A stretch of 64,000 nt of DNA from positions 50,406,001 to 50,470,000 of the forward strand of contig OX597815.1 of assembly GCA_951406725.2 (NCBI GenBank), read 5' to 3'. The notes beneath the pieces were generated by a model. The model worked only from the letters and a program-made list of their open reading frames with translations. It did no database searches and was not told the DNA's origin. This document shows positions 26,170-38,550 of this stretch, piece by piece. The stretch's first letter is position 1. The number at the start of each line of letters is the position of its first letter. A program made the position numbers and the translations under genes. The stretch comes from Octopus vulgaris. Lineage: Eukaryota.

Positions 26170-26440
26170 AATAGCAACAGAAAAATTGATGGGAGTTAAA
26201 GTATTGATCGCTCTCTGACAGGTTTATGGCCAAGCCTGTGGCAGTGGAGACCTCCAATGCTCTCAGCCCTTAGGCCATATCCCTGCTCACCACTATTGGG
26301 ATGGAGATGGCTGTTCGCAAGGGCAAGCTCCATGAGCTGGAGTGGCCATTCCAGAGCATCTTCCTCACCATTCTCTGGGGCAACAACTTTTCTATTTTGT
26401 CTGCTGGGACCATGAGGTTTGAATTACAGGACATTGTATG
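26170..26440 (+). mobile_element. CRE-clade (RLE) non-LTR retrotransposon 3' remnant
   Basis: KPVAVETSNALSP*AISLLTTIG..ELEWPFQSIFLTILWGNNFSIL resembles the CRE C-terminus (P.AVET.G..WL.QRIS....RGNA.SIL). Confidence 0.7.
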
Positions 26441-28049
26441 TTCCATTCCTTAATGTGAAGATAATCCTTTTAGTTTTCTCATGCCATCAGCATACAGTTT
26501 GAATGAGTTCACAATGTAAGTGATAGCCCAAGAGGTTACCACATCTATGTGGTCACTAGATCTGACAGAAACTGCAGCCAAACGCCTACCTTTAGAAACT
26601 ATAGATGAATTTAGACATCTGTAATGAATGTTAAATCCTGAAGTATTTGTTAGACAGAAATCTGTGTTCTCTTATTCATAGGGTTTTAGATTTGAGGAAA
26701 ACCCCTACAATGAAGACAGCTCAGAGGGAGTTTCCACAATAGAAATAAGAAATCAATAAACACATAGACATTACAATAAGAAATAGGTCCCTTTAATTAC
26801 AAACAGTTAACTGTAGATTTTATAAAAATAACTTAATTACAGTAAGATTTTACTTTAAAAAAAGAATACTCAATAAAATGATTAAATGATTGTAAATAAA
26901 ATAATAAAATACTGAATAAAAAAACGTATATATATTTACTGATTTATAGTCAAACACCAACAGTTGACTTAATTTTACATTTGTATTCCAAACATCTTCA
27001 AAATTTTCAACAGATTCATCTCAGAAACCATAAAAAATAACATAAATAACAACACTAGTGATAATATTTCAGTTTTCAAGATGTCACCTTTCTTTTTTCA
27101 TCCCTTCTCTTAATGAGGTGGAAACATGTAAATAAGAAAAATCTAAAACAAAGAATACATGCTGTCATCTAAATATGTGCTTTGTACTTAATGAACTAAA
27201 ATAAATGACAGAGAAATGAAAACAAAAGAAAAAGAAAGAAGCAGAGGAAGAATGAAGAGAAAAACGAAAGAAAATAAGAAATGATGAAATAGTAAAAACA
27301 AGAAAAAGAAACTAAACAACAGTTTAGAACTTTATAGCTATCTTGTAAAATGTTGTGAAGACAAATTTGCTGAGACAGGATTCTATTGAGAATGAAGAAA
27401 TAAATAAATAAATTGCTCACATAAATAGATTGATACAATTTGTCCTTTTGTTTGACACCAAACTCTCAGTTCAGCATATAGAATAACTTAGGTTAATATA
27501 TCGTAAACCATCAAACAGAACGTCAAATACACATAAACACACCAGGGTTTCAGAAATAATGTTCTTATAAATGTATTCTCTCCGCTGTCCTCTCCCTTCT
27601 CTCTCTCTCTCTCTCGCCCTGTCTCTCCCTCCCCCTCTAGTTTCTAATAACACACATGAAGCATAGATACACACACACACACAGGGAGGTAGATAGATAC
27701 ATACATACAAACATACATACAATCATACATACGTACATATGTACATACATATATACATACATGCATACATACATACATACATACATACACACACACATAC
27801 ATACGCACAGGTGTATGCATATATACAAACGCATGTGTATTATTTCTGTAAATAGGAAACAGCTTTTCTTGCAAACATATTGTTTTAAAAACATGACTAT
27901 ATTCAAGTTATATCTTTTTATATTTATGACTTTCTATATTTCTTTATTAACCCTTTATGTTTCTACATCCATTTGTCTGGCGTTTTAAGACATTCATAAT
28001 CACATTTTCAAAGCAAACTGTTGTTATGGCACACAATCTGCAAATCTTG

Positions 28050-29240
28050 TGCCAAGTCCCAAATTAAAAGTTTCTAGCAATAAATCCTGCTGGATTCCAT
28101 GATATCATCACATATTTTTGATGTGTGATATATTTTGCTTGTTTAATTTAAGCTTGTACATTGCTACTAGTAAAACTACTAAAGTTGTTTTCAATTTTTG
28201 CATAACTGACTCCCCAATTTTTTCCTCTCCAATTTGATTTTGTGTTCTGCATTATAATGAGTTGCAATGGTTCTCTGTTGTAAATGTATGGCTGATAAAT
28301 GAAACAGTGCTGTAATTGTGACTCATATGTAACAGTTTGAGTCATGAAGTTTACAACTTATATGTTTAAATAGAAATTTGTCATTTATATTGGTTGTGTA
28401 AAGTATATTCTATGGCCCATGTTGATAAGGAGATTTCTATTTCTGATGTTATTGTAAAATATTCTGTGAGATTATGATACAGACTGCATTTTCTTTAACA
28501 AATGTTTTAAATGTTATATTTATCCATTTTACAACTGAAGTTTATCTAATTCTTATAGTGTACTCTATATGTGGTTTGTGTAGTTTAAGAGGGGGATGCA
28601 TCTGTTCTAATAGTGTGTATGAATTAGTTATTGTGATGATGAATGGCTGGTCTACTAATCTATTAGGACAGCCATTATTAAGTAATGTCTGCTTTACACA
28701 CATGATTTTGTTATACAAGTTTTAATCAATGGATGAAAATTTAAATACTCATCTAAGAAGAGATTTAATTTTTGATATAGGGGCATTCACTTTCACCAAG
28801 CATAGTGAAGGCACATGGCTTCGTAGTTATGGTTTTCAGCTTATGATCATAAAGTCATGAGTTCAATTTCCAGCAGGGCCATTGTGTCTTTCAGCAAGAT
28901 TCTTTATTTCATGTTTCTCCAGTTCACTCAGGAGGCAAAAATGAGTGGTACCTATATTTCAAAAGGCCACATTCTATGTCATGCTAAATCTCCCTGAGAA
29001 CTACTTAAGGGTACATGTGTCAGTGGAGTGCTCAATTACTTGCACACTAATTTCATGAGCAGGCTGTTCTGTGGATTAGATTAACTGGAATCCTTTATGT
29101 TGTAACCGACAGAGTACCGTTTTTTTTTTTATTATCAGGAATATGTAAGCATTTGTTAGCATTTTTTTTAGTAAGGTAATGTGCTATACATGCTTTTTAT
29201 TGCTACATTTTTATCTAGAAATGCAGTAATGTTGCAACTG
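28050..29240 (-). mobile_element. Penelope-like element remnant 1 (RT tail plus GIY-YIG), split by a SINE
   Basis: AFLD (about 29215), GESECP (28781-28797), KQTLLNNGCPNRLVDQ and CYI*VTITALFHLSAIHLQQRTIATHY. May extend to about 29950. Confidence 0.7.
28806..29130 (+). mobile_element. SINE family D (tRNA-derived)
   Basis: gaaggcacatggc head and aagggtacatgtgtcagtggagtgctc body shared with 52165-52460. Confidence 0.8.
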
Positions 29241-30008
29241 CTAACAGTTCAGCCAGCTCACCATCTTATAGAGTTATTAATATTGATTTCAAATTTTGGA
29301 ACAAGACTAATTATTCTAGCAGGGTGAGGTTATAAGTTGATTACATCAACCCTAGTGCTTAACTGGTATTTATTTTATTGACTCCAAGAGGGATAAAGAC
29401 AAAGTCAACCATGGCAGAATTTGAACTCTGAATGTTAAGACAGACAAAATTCCACTAAGTACTTAGCCAAATATGCTGACAATTTCTGCCAGCTCACCAC
29501 CTTAGATGGAGCTATTGATATTGCTGCTATTTTTGTAAGTGTGTATTTATTATGTTTGTCAGGAGTAAATCAGTGATTTTAGAATGAAGTACTCATGTTC
29601 TGGGCATGATATAGAGGGATTTGGATTTGTGGATTGGTTGCGTATGGAGTAGTAGGGATGAGTGTTTACTGCAGCAACAAACTGTGCCCTTTGCATATTT
29701 AGGTGGTCATCTACCTTGAGTACTTTTTTCCGCAATGCTGGTAGTCAGTGTGTCGACTTTGATAATGAGAAATAAGATCGAATGTGAAGAAAATTTCATT
29801 GCTAATTCTAGCAGATTAAGTTGCATTCATAGAGGTTTCTACTTTTTGGCTCAGGGGATGTATGCTTAATTGAGGAACTGACTTATTTTGAGTGCATCAT
29901 GCTAATTTTCTTAATTTTTTCCCTCAAGCCTCTTATGTTTGTAGTTTTCTTAATTTACAATACCCCTAACATGGTATTACGTTTCTAACATGGTATTACG
30001 TTTCAAAA

Positions 30009-30239
30009 GGCGGCAAGCTGGCAGAAACGTTAGTACGCCAGGTGAAATGCTTAGCGGTATTTCGTCTGCCGTTACGTTGTGAGTTCAAATTCTGCCGAGG
30101 TCGACTTTGCCTTTCATCCTTTCGGGGTCGATAAATTAAGTACCAGTTACGCACTGGGGTCGATGTAATCGACTTAATACCTATGTCTGTCCTTGTTTGT
30201 CCCCTCTATGTTTAGCCCCTTGTGGGTAATAAAGAAATA
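30009..30239 (+). mobile_element. SINE family B, young CpG-rich copy with TSD
   Basis: Flanked by ggtattacgtttc (29992-30004 and 30240-30252). Confidence 0.92.
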
Positions 30240-30439
30240 GGTATTACGTTTCTAAGATATGTCATTTGAGTGTTCAACACTCATATTTGGTAGATCCTAT
30301 AAATATACATTATATTACTTTCAAATTCTCTTTTATGTAATGCACACTTTTATGATAAGTTATATAAATATCTATTAAAATATCTGTGTGTTATAGCTAT
30401 GCAGGTGGAGCAGTAAATATAAAAATAACAATACCAAAC

Positions 30440-31310
30440 ATATTGAAATGTTATCAGAGAAATATTTTATTAATCATGACGTTTTGGGTTAAAAACTCCT
30501 ATTCAAAGCTTTTCAGAATGAGAGGGAAATAAATTATATGTTTATTTTATTGATGTGCTGGATCCTTGTGTATTATTAGGACATTACCAGATATTTAAAG
30601 AAGTAAAGAGTTGGGGCTATGTTCTGTGTTCTAAGTGCCATGGTAAGGTGATGTGTATGAGAGATAAAGTATTGTGTGCATCATACTATCCATTGGCATT
30701 CATTTCTTTTGAGCCAGTTTTTAATTGTCAAGTGTTTCTTTATCAATCAGAATGGCTTCTTTTATCTGCAGCTTCCCAGTATTACTATTTGTAGCTTAAA
30801 TGGTAAAAGTGATGTCCTTTTTCCCTTATTCAAAGTGTTTTTGAAAGATGATGCCTGTGTGTTGAGATACTCTTTGATCCAGATATATAGTGACTGAACT
30901 GTATTAGTAATGTAACTTGTATTGCATGCTGGATCTGACGTACATACATAGGAATATGTCTGTGCTGCAGATAGAGCAGTTGGTCAGTGTGAATACGCTT
31001 TGTCATCATTGAAGTTATTTTTTTGACAAAATCTTTCATAGAGAAGGGCCAGATTGAGCCAGGTGTTTAGATAGCTTTTCCCCACAAATGTTCTTGCAGA
31101 TATCAACAGTTATATTCCCACTGAGCAGTGGTGGCTTCATTACAAAAATGGTGAAAAAATCTTTCTGTTAGGCTTGGGACTCTGAAGACAACAGGCAATA
31201 GTTGCTGGGTAGCTGTTGATTTCCAGTACATTTCAGAATTGTATGCTATTAAAGGCCTGGTCAAATGTTCCACTGCAACAATACTGGATACGAGTGAACT
31301 TATTATATTT
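30440..31310 (-). mobile_element. Penelope-like element remnant 2
   Basis: RIQYCCS..NVLEINSYP, YSYVCTSDPACNTSYI.. and KLQIKEAILI. A degenerate cat-tctgaaaa..caaaacgtc-atg hammerhead and AATAAA lie at about 30465-30520. Confidence 0.7.
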
Positions 31311-31328
31311 ATGTACATAGCCCCATCA

Positions 31329-31371
<43 letters not shown>

Positions 31372-31476
31372 GCATACAGGATGTGAGTGGTATTTGAGGA
31401 CATTTCGTTTTTAATTCATTACAGCTTCAAATTATTTAATGTATCATTTTTTTTCAGATAACCCTTTCAAGGTATC

Positions 31477-33146
31477 ATGCTAACTCAAGTAATGTAAAGA
31501 CATGCAGTCATAGTTCCTATACATGCAAACCACAATGATTTAGAAATTAGCAACTTTCTAAATGTTGCAAGATCATTTGTACACAAAGTTCGGCTGGAAT
31601 TGGAGGCATGTGATGGGAATGTCTCACCTATATCAAAGAGAAAAAAACACTCAAACACTAAAAGGACACAGAATTTATACATGTTCGAAACATTATCAAT
31701 AAAGACCCCAGAAGATCAATGAGGTCCATTGCTAAAGAACTTTGGGTGTCAGAGTGGACTATCAGAACTGTGGTACATCGTGACATTCGATACAAGTTCT
31801 ATGTAATGAGGAAAACCCAATTCGTGTCTGTAAAGACACAGGAAAAACATCTCATCACTTCAAAACGGTTACTTGACAAAGGAAAAACCCCTCATGAACA
31901 AGGCATGCTTTGGTTTTTCTCTGACGGAAAAACTTTGACCAAGATCAATAGTCTAACAGAAGAAATGACAGGTGGTTATGTACAGATTCTTCTGAAGTAC
32001 CCAAAGTGATGCACACGAAATTTCCAATAACTGTGATGGTTTTAAGGGTGGTGAGTAGCGAAGGTCATGTGATACCGTCTCACTTTTTCCCACAGAGTCT
32101 TAGAATTAATGCTGCTGGATACACTGAGGTACTGGAAACAGTTATCAAGCTCTGGATTGATGAAGTATGTTTAGATGGATAGGTAGTATTCCATTTAATG
32201 TGACTCAGCTCAGAAGGCTGTAATCTGATTTGGTAGGAACTTGGCAAAGAAATACATGGTGATAACTTTAAATACGTTTATTGTGGTCACATGTATATAT
32301 ACACAAGCTGAATGAAAGTGGTTGATGGACATTTATTCATATATCTACATGTAGGTTGTATGTTAGCTGTTAACCCTGATGAGAAGCTCACAAACAGCAA
32401 TATGTTAGAACCAGCGCAGTGTATTGATGCTGTGTAGAGGTTGTTGAGGACGTTGGTGAGAGATATGATGGTGATGACAAAGATAGAGGTCCCTGCAATG
32501 TGTCAGTGGTTAGACCTTAGAAGGCTGGGAACCAACAGACGTTGAGACTAGAAGGAAGTGAACTTTTATAGCTGACGGTAGGCTGAATTGCTGTTTGGAA
32601 AAGACTGTCTCATGTGACTTATTTGAAGGCTGCGATTGGTTGGGTTGCATATTGGCACGCGATAGAATAAGAGACAAATTGCACCAATACCAACCAATCG
32701 GAGTACTACACATAACGTGGTCGAAAACAGCACCCAAAGGTTAGCAGTTACCTGCTATGTTTGTATGTCTGTAACATAATACAGAGAGGAAGTTCACTAG
32801 AGTTCACTACATATGCAATGGAAGGACATACATGCTTCAACAAGACTCAGTACCTTCTCACAAAGACCTAGTCACCCAAGAATGTTTATCAGACAATCTT
32901 TACGATTATGCAACACCCAATATGTGGCCTCCAAACTCGCCAGAATTGAACCCCATGGACTATTACGTGCAGAGCACTGTTGAAAGGGAGACTAATCATC
33001 ATCCTCATAATACCATAGCTTCACTGAAGGCCGCCATTATCCAGGTGATGTCCGAAATAAATAAGGACCATATAGTGTCAGCATGCCAGCAGTTTTGGCC
33101 CCACATTGAAGCAGTCATCGTAACCGAAGGCAGTTTCATAAAATAA
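31477..33146 (+). pseudogene. DD37D transposase with stops and frameshifts and a 642 bp insertion
   Basis: HTH SMRSIAKELWVSEWTIR, WFFSD, QQDSVPSH and WPPNSPELNPMDY. I count 37 residues between the second and third D. Confidence 0.92.
32170..32811 (-). mobile_element. Solo LTR (642 bp) with 4 bp TSD TATG
   Basis: TATG at 32166-32169 and 32812-32815. Termini TTTAG...CTACA (one mismatch from TGTAG...CTACA). Minus strand has CCAAT boxes, TATAAAA and then AATAAA. Removal restores EVCNGRTY in frame. Confidence 0.8.
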
Positions 33147-33294
33147 TTTGCTTAAGAAATCCTTATCAGGAACAATTGCACAAATGTTTATTAAAATACA
33201 TATTTATTTATGCTGAAATATAGTTGTTTTGTTGTATATCAAAACTGTCCTCAAATACCCCTCATACCCTGTATACATACATACATATATACAT

Positions 33295-33374
<80 letters not shown>

Positions 33375-33442
33375 CGTCTGTAAAAAACAAATCTGAAAGA
33401 AGAAGCATACTCTAAGATGTAAAGGTAAAGCAGTATATAAGC

Positions 33443-33676
33443 ATATATTAAAAATGGGGAAGGCCGATTTATGGTATTACCTTAGATTTCCTGTCCATAA
33501 AGAGTTTTGCTTTATGGCATATCGTCAGATCCCAAAAACCTGTTGAACCAAGACCTCTTAAAATATTTTTAAGAGGTCTTGGGTCAACAAGCTTTTGGAG
33601 GATCTGACAATAGACCATAAAGCTAAACCCTTTATGGATGGGAAACCTAAAGTAATCACATAAGCTGACCTTCCTC

Positions 33677-33690
<14 letters not shown>
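33443..33690. repeat. About 245 bp fold-back palindrome
   Basis: Apex caagacctcttaaaa-tat-ttttaagaggtcttg. Arms pair out to atattaaaaa / tttttaatat. Confidence 0.92.
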
Positions 33691-33722
<32 letters not shown>

Positions 33723-33729
33723 AATGTCA

Positions 33730-34477
33730 AACGATGAAAACAAGTGCTCAAGAAAAAAAAAAGAAAATATTTTAATATCTTAACAATTTTTCAAGACGAT
33801 CGTATGGTGGAATGGTGTTCATCTCCACTTTGGATAAACACAAAGTCTCGTTGAATTCGTGGAGATAACCACTTTTGAGTGGTAATCTCCCTTTGGTTTA
33901 ACTTTCGGGCAAACAGTCGTGTCGTATCTCATTTTATATTCTGGGTACATGTGATGTTCATATGCATGTGTGCTGAAGTAGTTCATCATGGGGGAATATT
34001 TCTTCAGTGTGTGGAGTTCATGTTTTATGTATATTAAAATTTCATGTTCAGGAAAGGGGATATCTTTGTGGGATTAGTGGTGCAGGTGGTGGTTCCTCTT
34101 TGAAGAGCTTGAGTGAGAAATATTGCTTGTGTATGCTGGGAGAGAATATTTCATCCCTAATATTTAGAATATTATCTGTTGACTGAAAGATATTTAGTTT
34201 ACAGGGATACAGAGTTCACATTTGATACCCTGTCCTCTGTAATTTTTTAGCTTTAGAAATGATGTTGCATTTTATCTGAGCATTACTTATTCTACTTTCT
34301 TTCAGTGTCCATATAATATTGGATAGATATGTTGCATGACACCAGATGTTGTGTGTACCTTTCCTTGAATGAGTTACCCATCATTCTGATATACATCTTG
34401 CTGATGACGAAGATATGTTGGATTGTTGTTATGGCTGCTTTTGTATATGTCAAATAGTGTTATAACACATCCTTTTG

Positions 34478-34480
<3 letters not shown>
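33730..34480 (-). mobile_element. Penelope-like element remnant 3 (GIY-YIG C-terminus plus 3' UTR) between (TA)n tracts
   Basis: MYIRMMGNSFKERY..ATYLS..IWTLKE..IKCNIISKA..CELC..ILNIRDEIFS. Confidence 0.8.
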
Positions 34481-34509
<29 letters not shown>

Positions 34510-34511
<2 letters not shown>

Positions 34512-34772
34512 TCAGTCAACAGATGGCAGCAAATGCTAGGGCACTGCCTTGAAGAATCCTAGTTGGATGAATTGACTCCAGTCCTTAGTTTTATTTTTAG
34601 CCTGATACTTATTCTATCAGTCTCTTAGCTGAACCACTAAGTTATGAGGATGTATTTACATCCTCATAACTTAGTGGTTCAGTTGTGAAGCAGTGGGGGT
34701 GATCAATTAACACAGACACAAAGACACAAACATAGACATAGATAAATATACATACATAAATGTGTATATGTA

Positions 34773-34828
<56 letters not shown>

Positions 34829-34990
34829 AGATGAGCTTCTTTCAGTTTCCATCAACCAAATCTACTCTCAAAGCTTTGGTTGCCTCAAGGCTATTGCAGA
34901 AGACATTTGCCAAGGGTGCCACACAGTGGGACCAAACCTGGAACCATGTGACTGGGAAGCAAACTTCTTACCACACAGCCATGCCTGCAC
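34510..34990 (-). mobile_element. SINE family A containing a perfect internal fold-back (34629-34682)
   Basis: Family motifs plus a 26 bp perfect stem. Confidence 0.85.
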
Positions 34991-35474
34991 TGTATATGTT
35001 ATATACTTACACATATATGCTGCCCTGCAAAGATAATGTTGTAAGTAATTTGTAATTTGATCAGAAGTGGGATATCAGGAAGCAATTAAAGGGAAGAAAG
35101 ACAAGGACAAGAAAGACATCAAAAATAGTATTAAAGAAGAGACAATTTCAATTTGTTTCTTAATATAATATTCATACAGATCTTCAAAAAGAATTTAATT
35201 AATTCTGAGCAATTAGAGTGATCTGCCAACTGGGATCAAACTTGTTTCATTAAATATAAAATCTATAACCTAACTGTCTAGGCCACATGTTCACATCACT
35301 ATGACACAACAGACAAACCAATAAGAAGCAATTCAGAATCATGTAATTATTTCTACCAAATAGCATACGTTCAATATTCATAAGTACCATCATATACTGT
35401 ACTTATCAGTTTAAGCTGACAAATGTAACAAATGATCATTCATAGTAATGTGTGTGCTTCTGTGCTAGTGTGTA

Positions 35475-35510
<36 letters not shown>

Positions 35511-35783
35511 CATACACATCGCCCTCTTTTTACCTCTCGTTTTCTTTCCCTTTCACATATATAAATACGTATATATATATGTATGAATATATATAATTAT
35601 ACATGCATGTATATGTATATATATATATATATATGTATATATATTATATTGAAGATGATAAGAAATATCCTAAGCAAAGAACTATTTTGATTTCAATAAT
35701 TGATAATAATTTTATGGCTTTTTGTATTTCATGCCATTTCTCATCAAAGTTTTTAAATAATAACATGTATTTTTATCAGTTAT

Positions 35784-35840
35784 TTGTTGTTGTTGTTGCT
35801 GCTGCTGATGCTGCTGTTACTGCTGTTACTGTTGTTGTTG

Positions 35841-35872
<32 letters not shown>

Positions 35873-36140
35873 GTTGTTGTTGGTGGTGGTGGTGATAATG
35901 CGAAGGAGGAGGAGGAGGAGGACCGCAAAAACGATGATGATGATGAGGATGATGATGATGATGATGATACCAATGCCGATGATGATGATGACAATGTTGA
36001 AGGTAGAGGTTATTGTTGATAGTAGTAATAGCGGTGTTGTTGAATCTGATGATTATAATGATAGCATTGATATTCAAGTAAATGGTAATAGTTATGATGA
36101 TGATGTTGATATTGTTGATTACAACAATTATAATAAATAA
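35784..36140. repeat. Compound trinucleotide microsatellite (GTT, GCT, GGT, GGA, GAT)
   Basis: Directly visible. Confidence 0.95.
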
Positions 36141-36564
36141 ATAAATGAAAATCTGTTCATTAATCAATCTTAGTTGATTAATCTGTACACGAACCAACAT
36201 AGTCTCATTTTAATTTTTAATTTATACTAAGCATTTATATTAGAGTCTTATTCACTCCTTACTTGACTAGATATACTTAGTAACTGATTGGCTGCAGTTT
36301 AAAGACTGTATACTGCACAAGTTTAGCAAGACACATGGCTATGATGTAACATGATATCAATGAATAGGAATTACCATTCATGGAGCTAATGTTGGACTGC
36401 TACATGGTTGTTCAACTGGCACAAAATACCAAATTTATGTACCTCGAGTTGCAACCTAACATCTGAAAACAAAATGGGATGACAAAATTGGACTGTGTAA
36501 TCTTAGAATCACTGTTTCTAGTCATAAATAGAATGTCTTTTAATCATACTGACAAATTAAGCAA

Positions 36565-36975
36565 TTTTCTCCCTATAGAACATAGGCCATCAACAACTTT
36601 TCTCCACCATTCTTGACTCTGAACTATCTTTTCTGTTTCTATCCAATTGGATCCCTATTCTTTCAAACATTTTCCAAACTCTCCTGTGGGTTCCATCTTT
36701 GCTTTCACTTCAGGCATATATTTCCAGGAGGGGAAAGCCTTTCTCTCCCAGGCCTCATCAATTTTCAATTGTCGTCGATGCTTCTGTAACTTTGGTTTTT
36801 TTCTAGGTAGTGGTGTTGGCCTCATAAAAATGCATTTCTACCTCTGGAAAGAGATGGTCTGTATCATTCAAGCCTCTATACTTCCATCTGTCTAGCACGA
36901 GAGGCTTTACCAGGGACTTGCACTCCACTGCCAGAGCTCTCAGAGTCATTGAGACACACAAGTCAACAAGATCAG
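36565..36975 (-). mobile_element. Internally deleted RTE element (5' UTR joined to the last about 45 codons)
   Basis: 5' part tgtgtctcaatgactctgagagc..ctggtaaagcc..gctagacag resembles RTE 5' UTRs. 3' part reads WNPQ..WIETEKIVQSQEWWRKVVDGLCSIG. Confidence 0.6.
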
Positions 36976-37254
36976 ATTAACCACACTGTCAAAAGTCAGT
37001 TCTTTCTCAGAGTTAACATCCTACTAGATCAGCCAGAGAACTACATCCCACTCCTACATTCTATTTCTGACATCGTTTCTGCAGCTGGATACTCTTCCTA
37101 ACACCAAGTATTAAGAAAAAGCATCCTTCTTAAGAGCAATTGATGTATTTTATCATAGCCTTAATATTTGTCTCTTGCAAGACTCTAACATTGACAAGTC
37201 CCTTAACCCTTAGGGGTCATTGGGGTCTTACAGCCATGCAATGTATCTAGGGCG

Positions 37255-37560
37255 AGAAAGCCTGGTGGATTCCATCCCTCTCCAGGCTAAACTCATTTCT
37301 ACAAGATGAGTGGACTGGAATAACATGAACTGAAGTGTCTGGAACAAGAACACACCAGATTGCCCAGTTCAGGGATGGAAACTACAATCTTACGGTTGTG
37401 AATCCAAGAACCTAACTACTAAGTGATGCACCTCCACTAGTGGTACTCATTTCTACAGCTGAGTGGACAGGACTAACGTAAAGTGAAATGTTTTGCTGAA
37501 GAACACAATGCATTACCTGGTCCAGGAATTCGAAACCACAATCTTACTATAAAAGTCCTG
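37255..37560 (-). mobile_element. Two adjacent tRNA-SINE heads (family D-like)
   Basis: ctcatttctac..gagtggac repeated at about 37292 and 37446. Confidence 0.65.
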
Positions 37561-38364
37561 TCTCATCAACATAACCTTCAACATAACATTCTTTGCAAGT
37601 CAAGTGTGACCAAGAACGTGAATTAAAGAGAAGCTATGATCAAGAATATGGACAAGGGAAGGTACAATTATGAGTGTGATGGAGGCACAAAGTCGTAGGA
37701 TGATAGCAAAGGGATGTTGTTAGTGTCTAAGAAAAGGAACAAATTTGGCAGTATTTTGTTAGGAGTTGAATATATTGATTTCTGACCACAGGTGCTGGCT
37801 ACAAATTTTGGGGAAGAATATAATCAACTACACTGAATTTAGTATTTGGCTGGTACCCATTTTATTGACCCTGGAAAGATAAATGGTAAAAATCTGTCCT
37901 GGTGGAATTTGAACTCAGAATTTAAATCAATGTAAGTGCTACTGTACTGTTTATGTCAGTCTCATAGTCTTGAAGTTGATTATTATATTGGCTAGCAATT
38001 ATGTAGACAGTATGAGTAGCAAGAATTTATATAACAAAAAACAGAGGCAAGTTCACATGAAATCAGTTTAAATATACCAAAATGGAAAGGGTTTATAAAA
38101 AAAAAAATAACTAATAAACAAATGGAATAATTGTTCTTCCCACCCATTTAAAAGATAGTAAAATGGCATCTCTAAATGATGGGAAAATCTTATATCAGAC
38201 AACTAAAGCAGAAACGGCAGAATATATTTCAAGATGATTTTCTCCTACTTCTCAAATGAACTCTAACAAAATTAGATTAATATTTAGATTAAGCCTCCAG
38301 CTAGAATGGAACCTACTTTTCTTCCTGACTACTTTTGAACCATAGAAACTAAGCAATACCTATT

Positions 38365-38421
38365 TCATCATCATCATCATTGTCGTCGTCGTCATCGTCG
38401 TCACCAACGTCATCGTCGCCG

Positions 38422-38463
<42 letters not shown>

Positions 38464-38550
38464 ACATCATCATCATCACTATCATCCCCATCATTTTCAC
38501 TGTTGTCATCATTCATTTAGCCTTGTCATCATTATCATCATCATCATCAT
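38365..38550. repeat. (CAT/CGT)n microsatellite
   Basis: Directly visible. Confidence 0.9.

Larger units (their letters stand above)
31377..33271 (+). mobile_element. Full-length Tc1/mariner DD37D (maT) transposon, inactive
   Basis: TIRs caggatgtgagtggtatttgaggaca and tgtcctcaaatacccctcataccctg, with TA on both sides. Confidence 0.92.

Noticed and set aside
32168-32811. Alternative parse of the insertion as TGT...ACA with a TA TSD
   Set aside because: There are no TIRs to support a TA-targeting DNA transposon. The 4 bp TSD solo-LTR parse fits the promoter and polyA layout better, though the alternative is not excluded.
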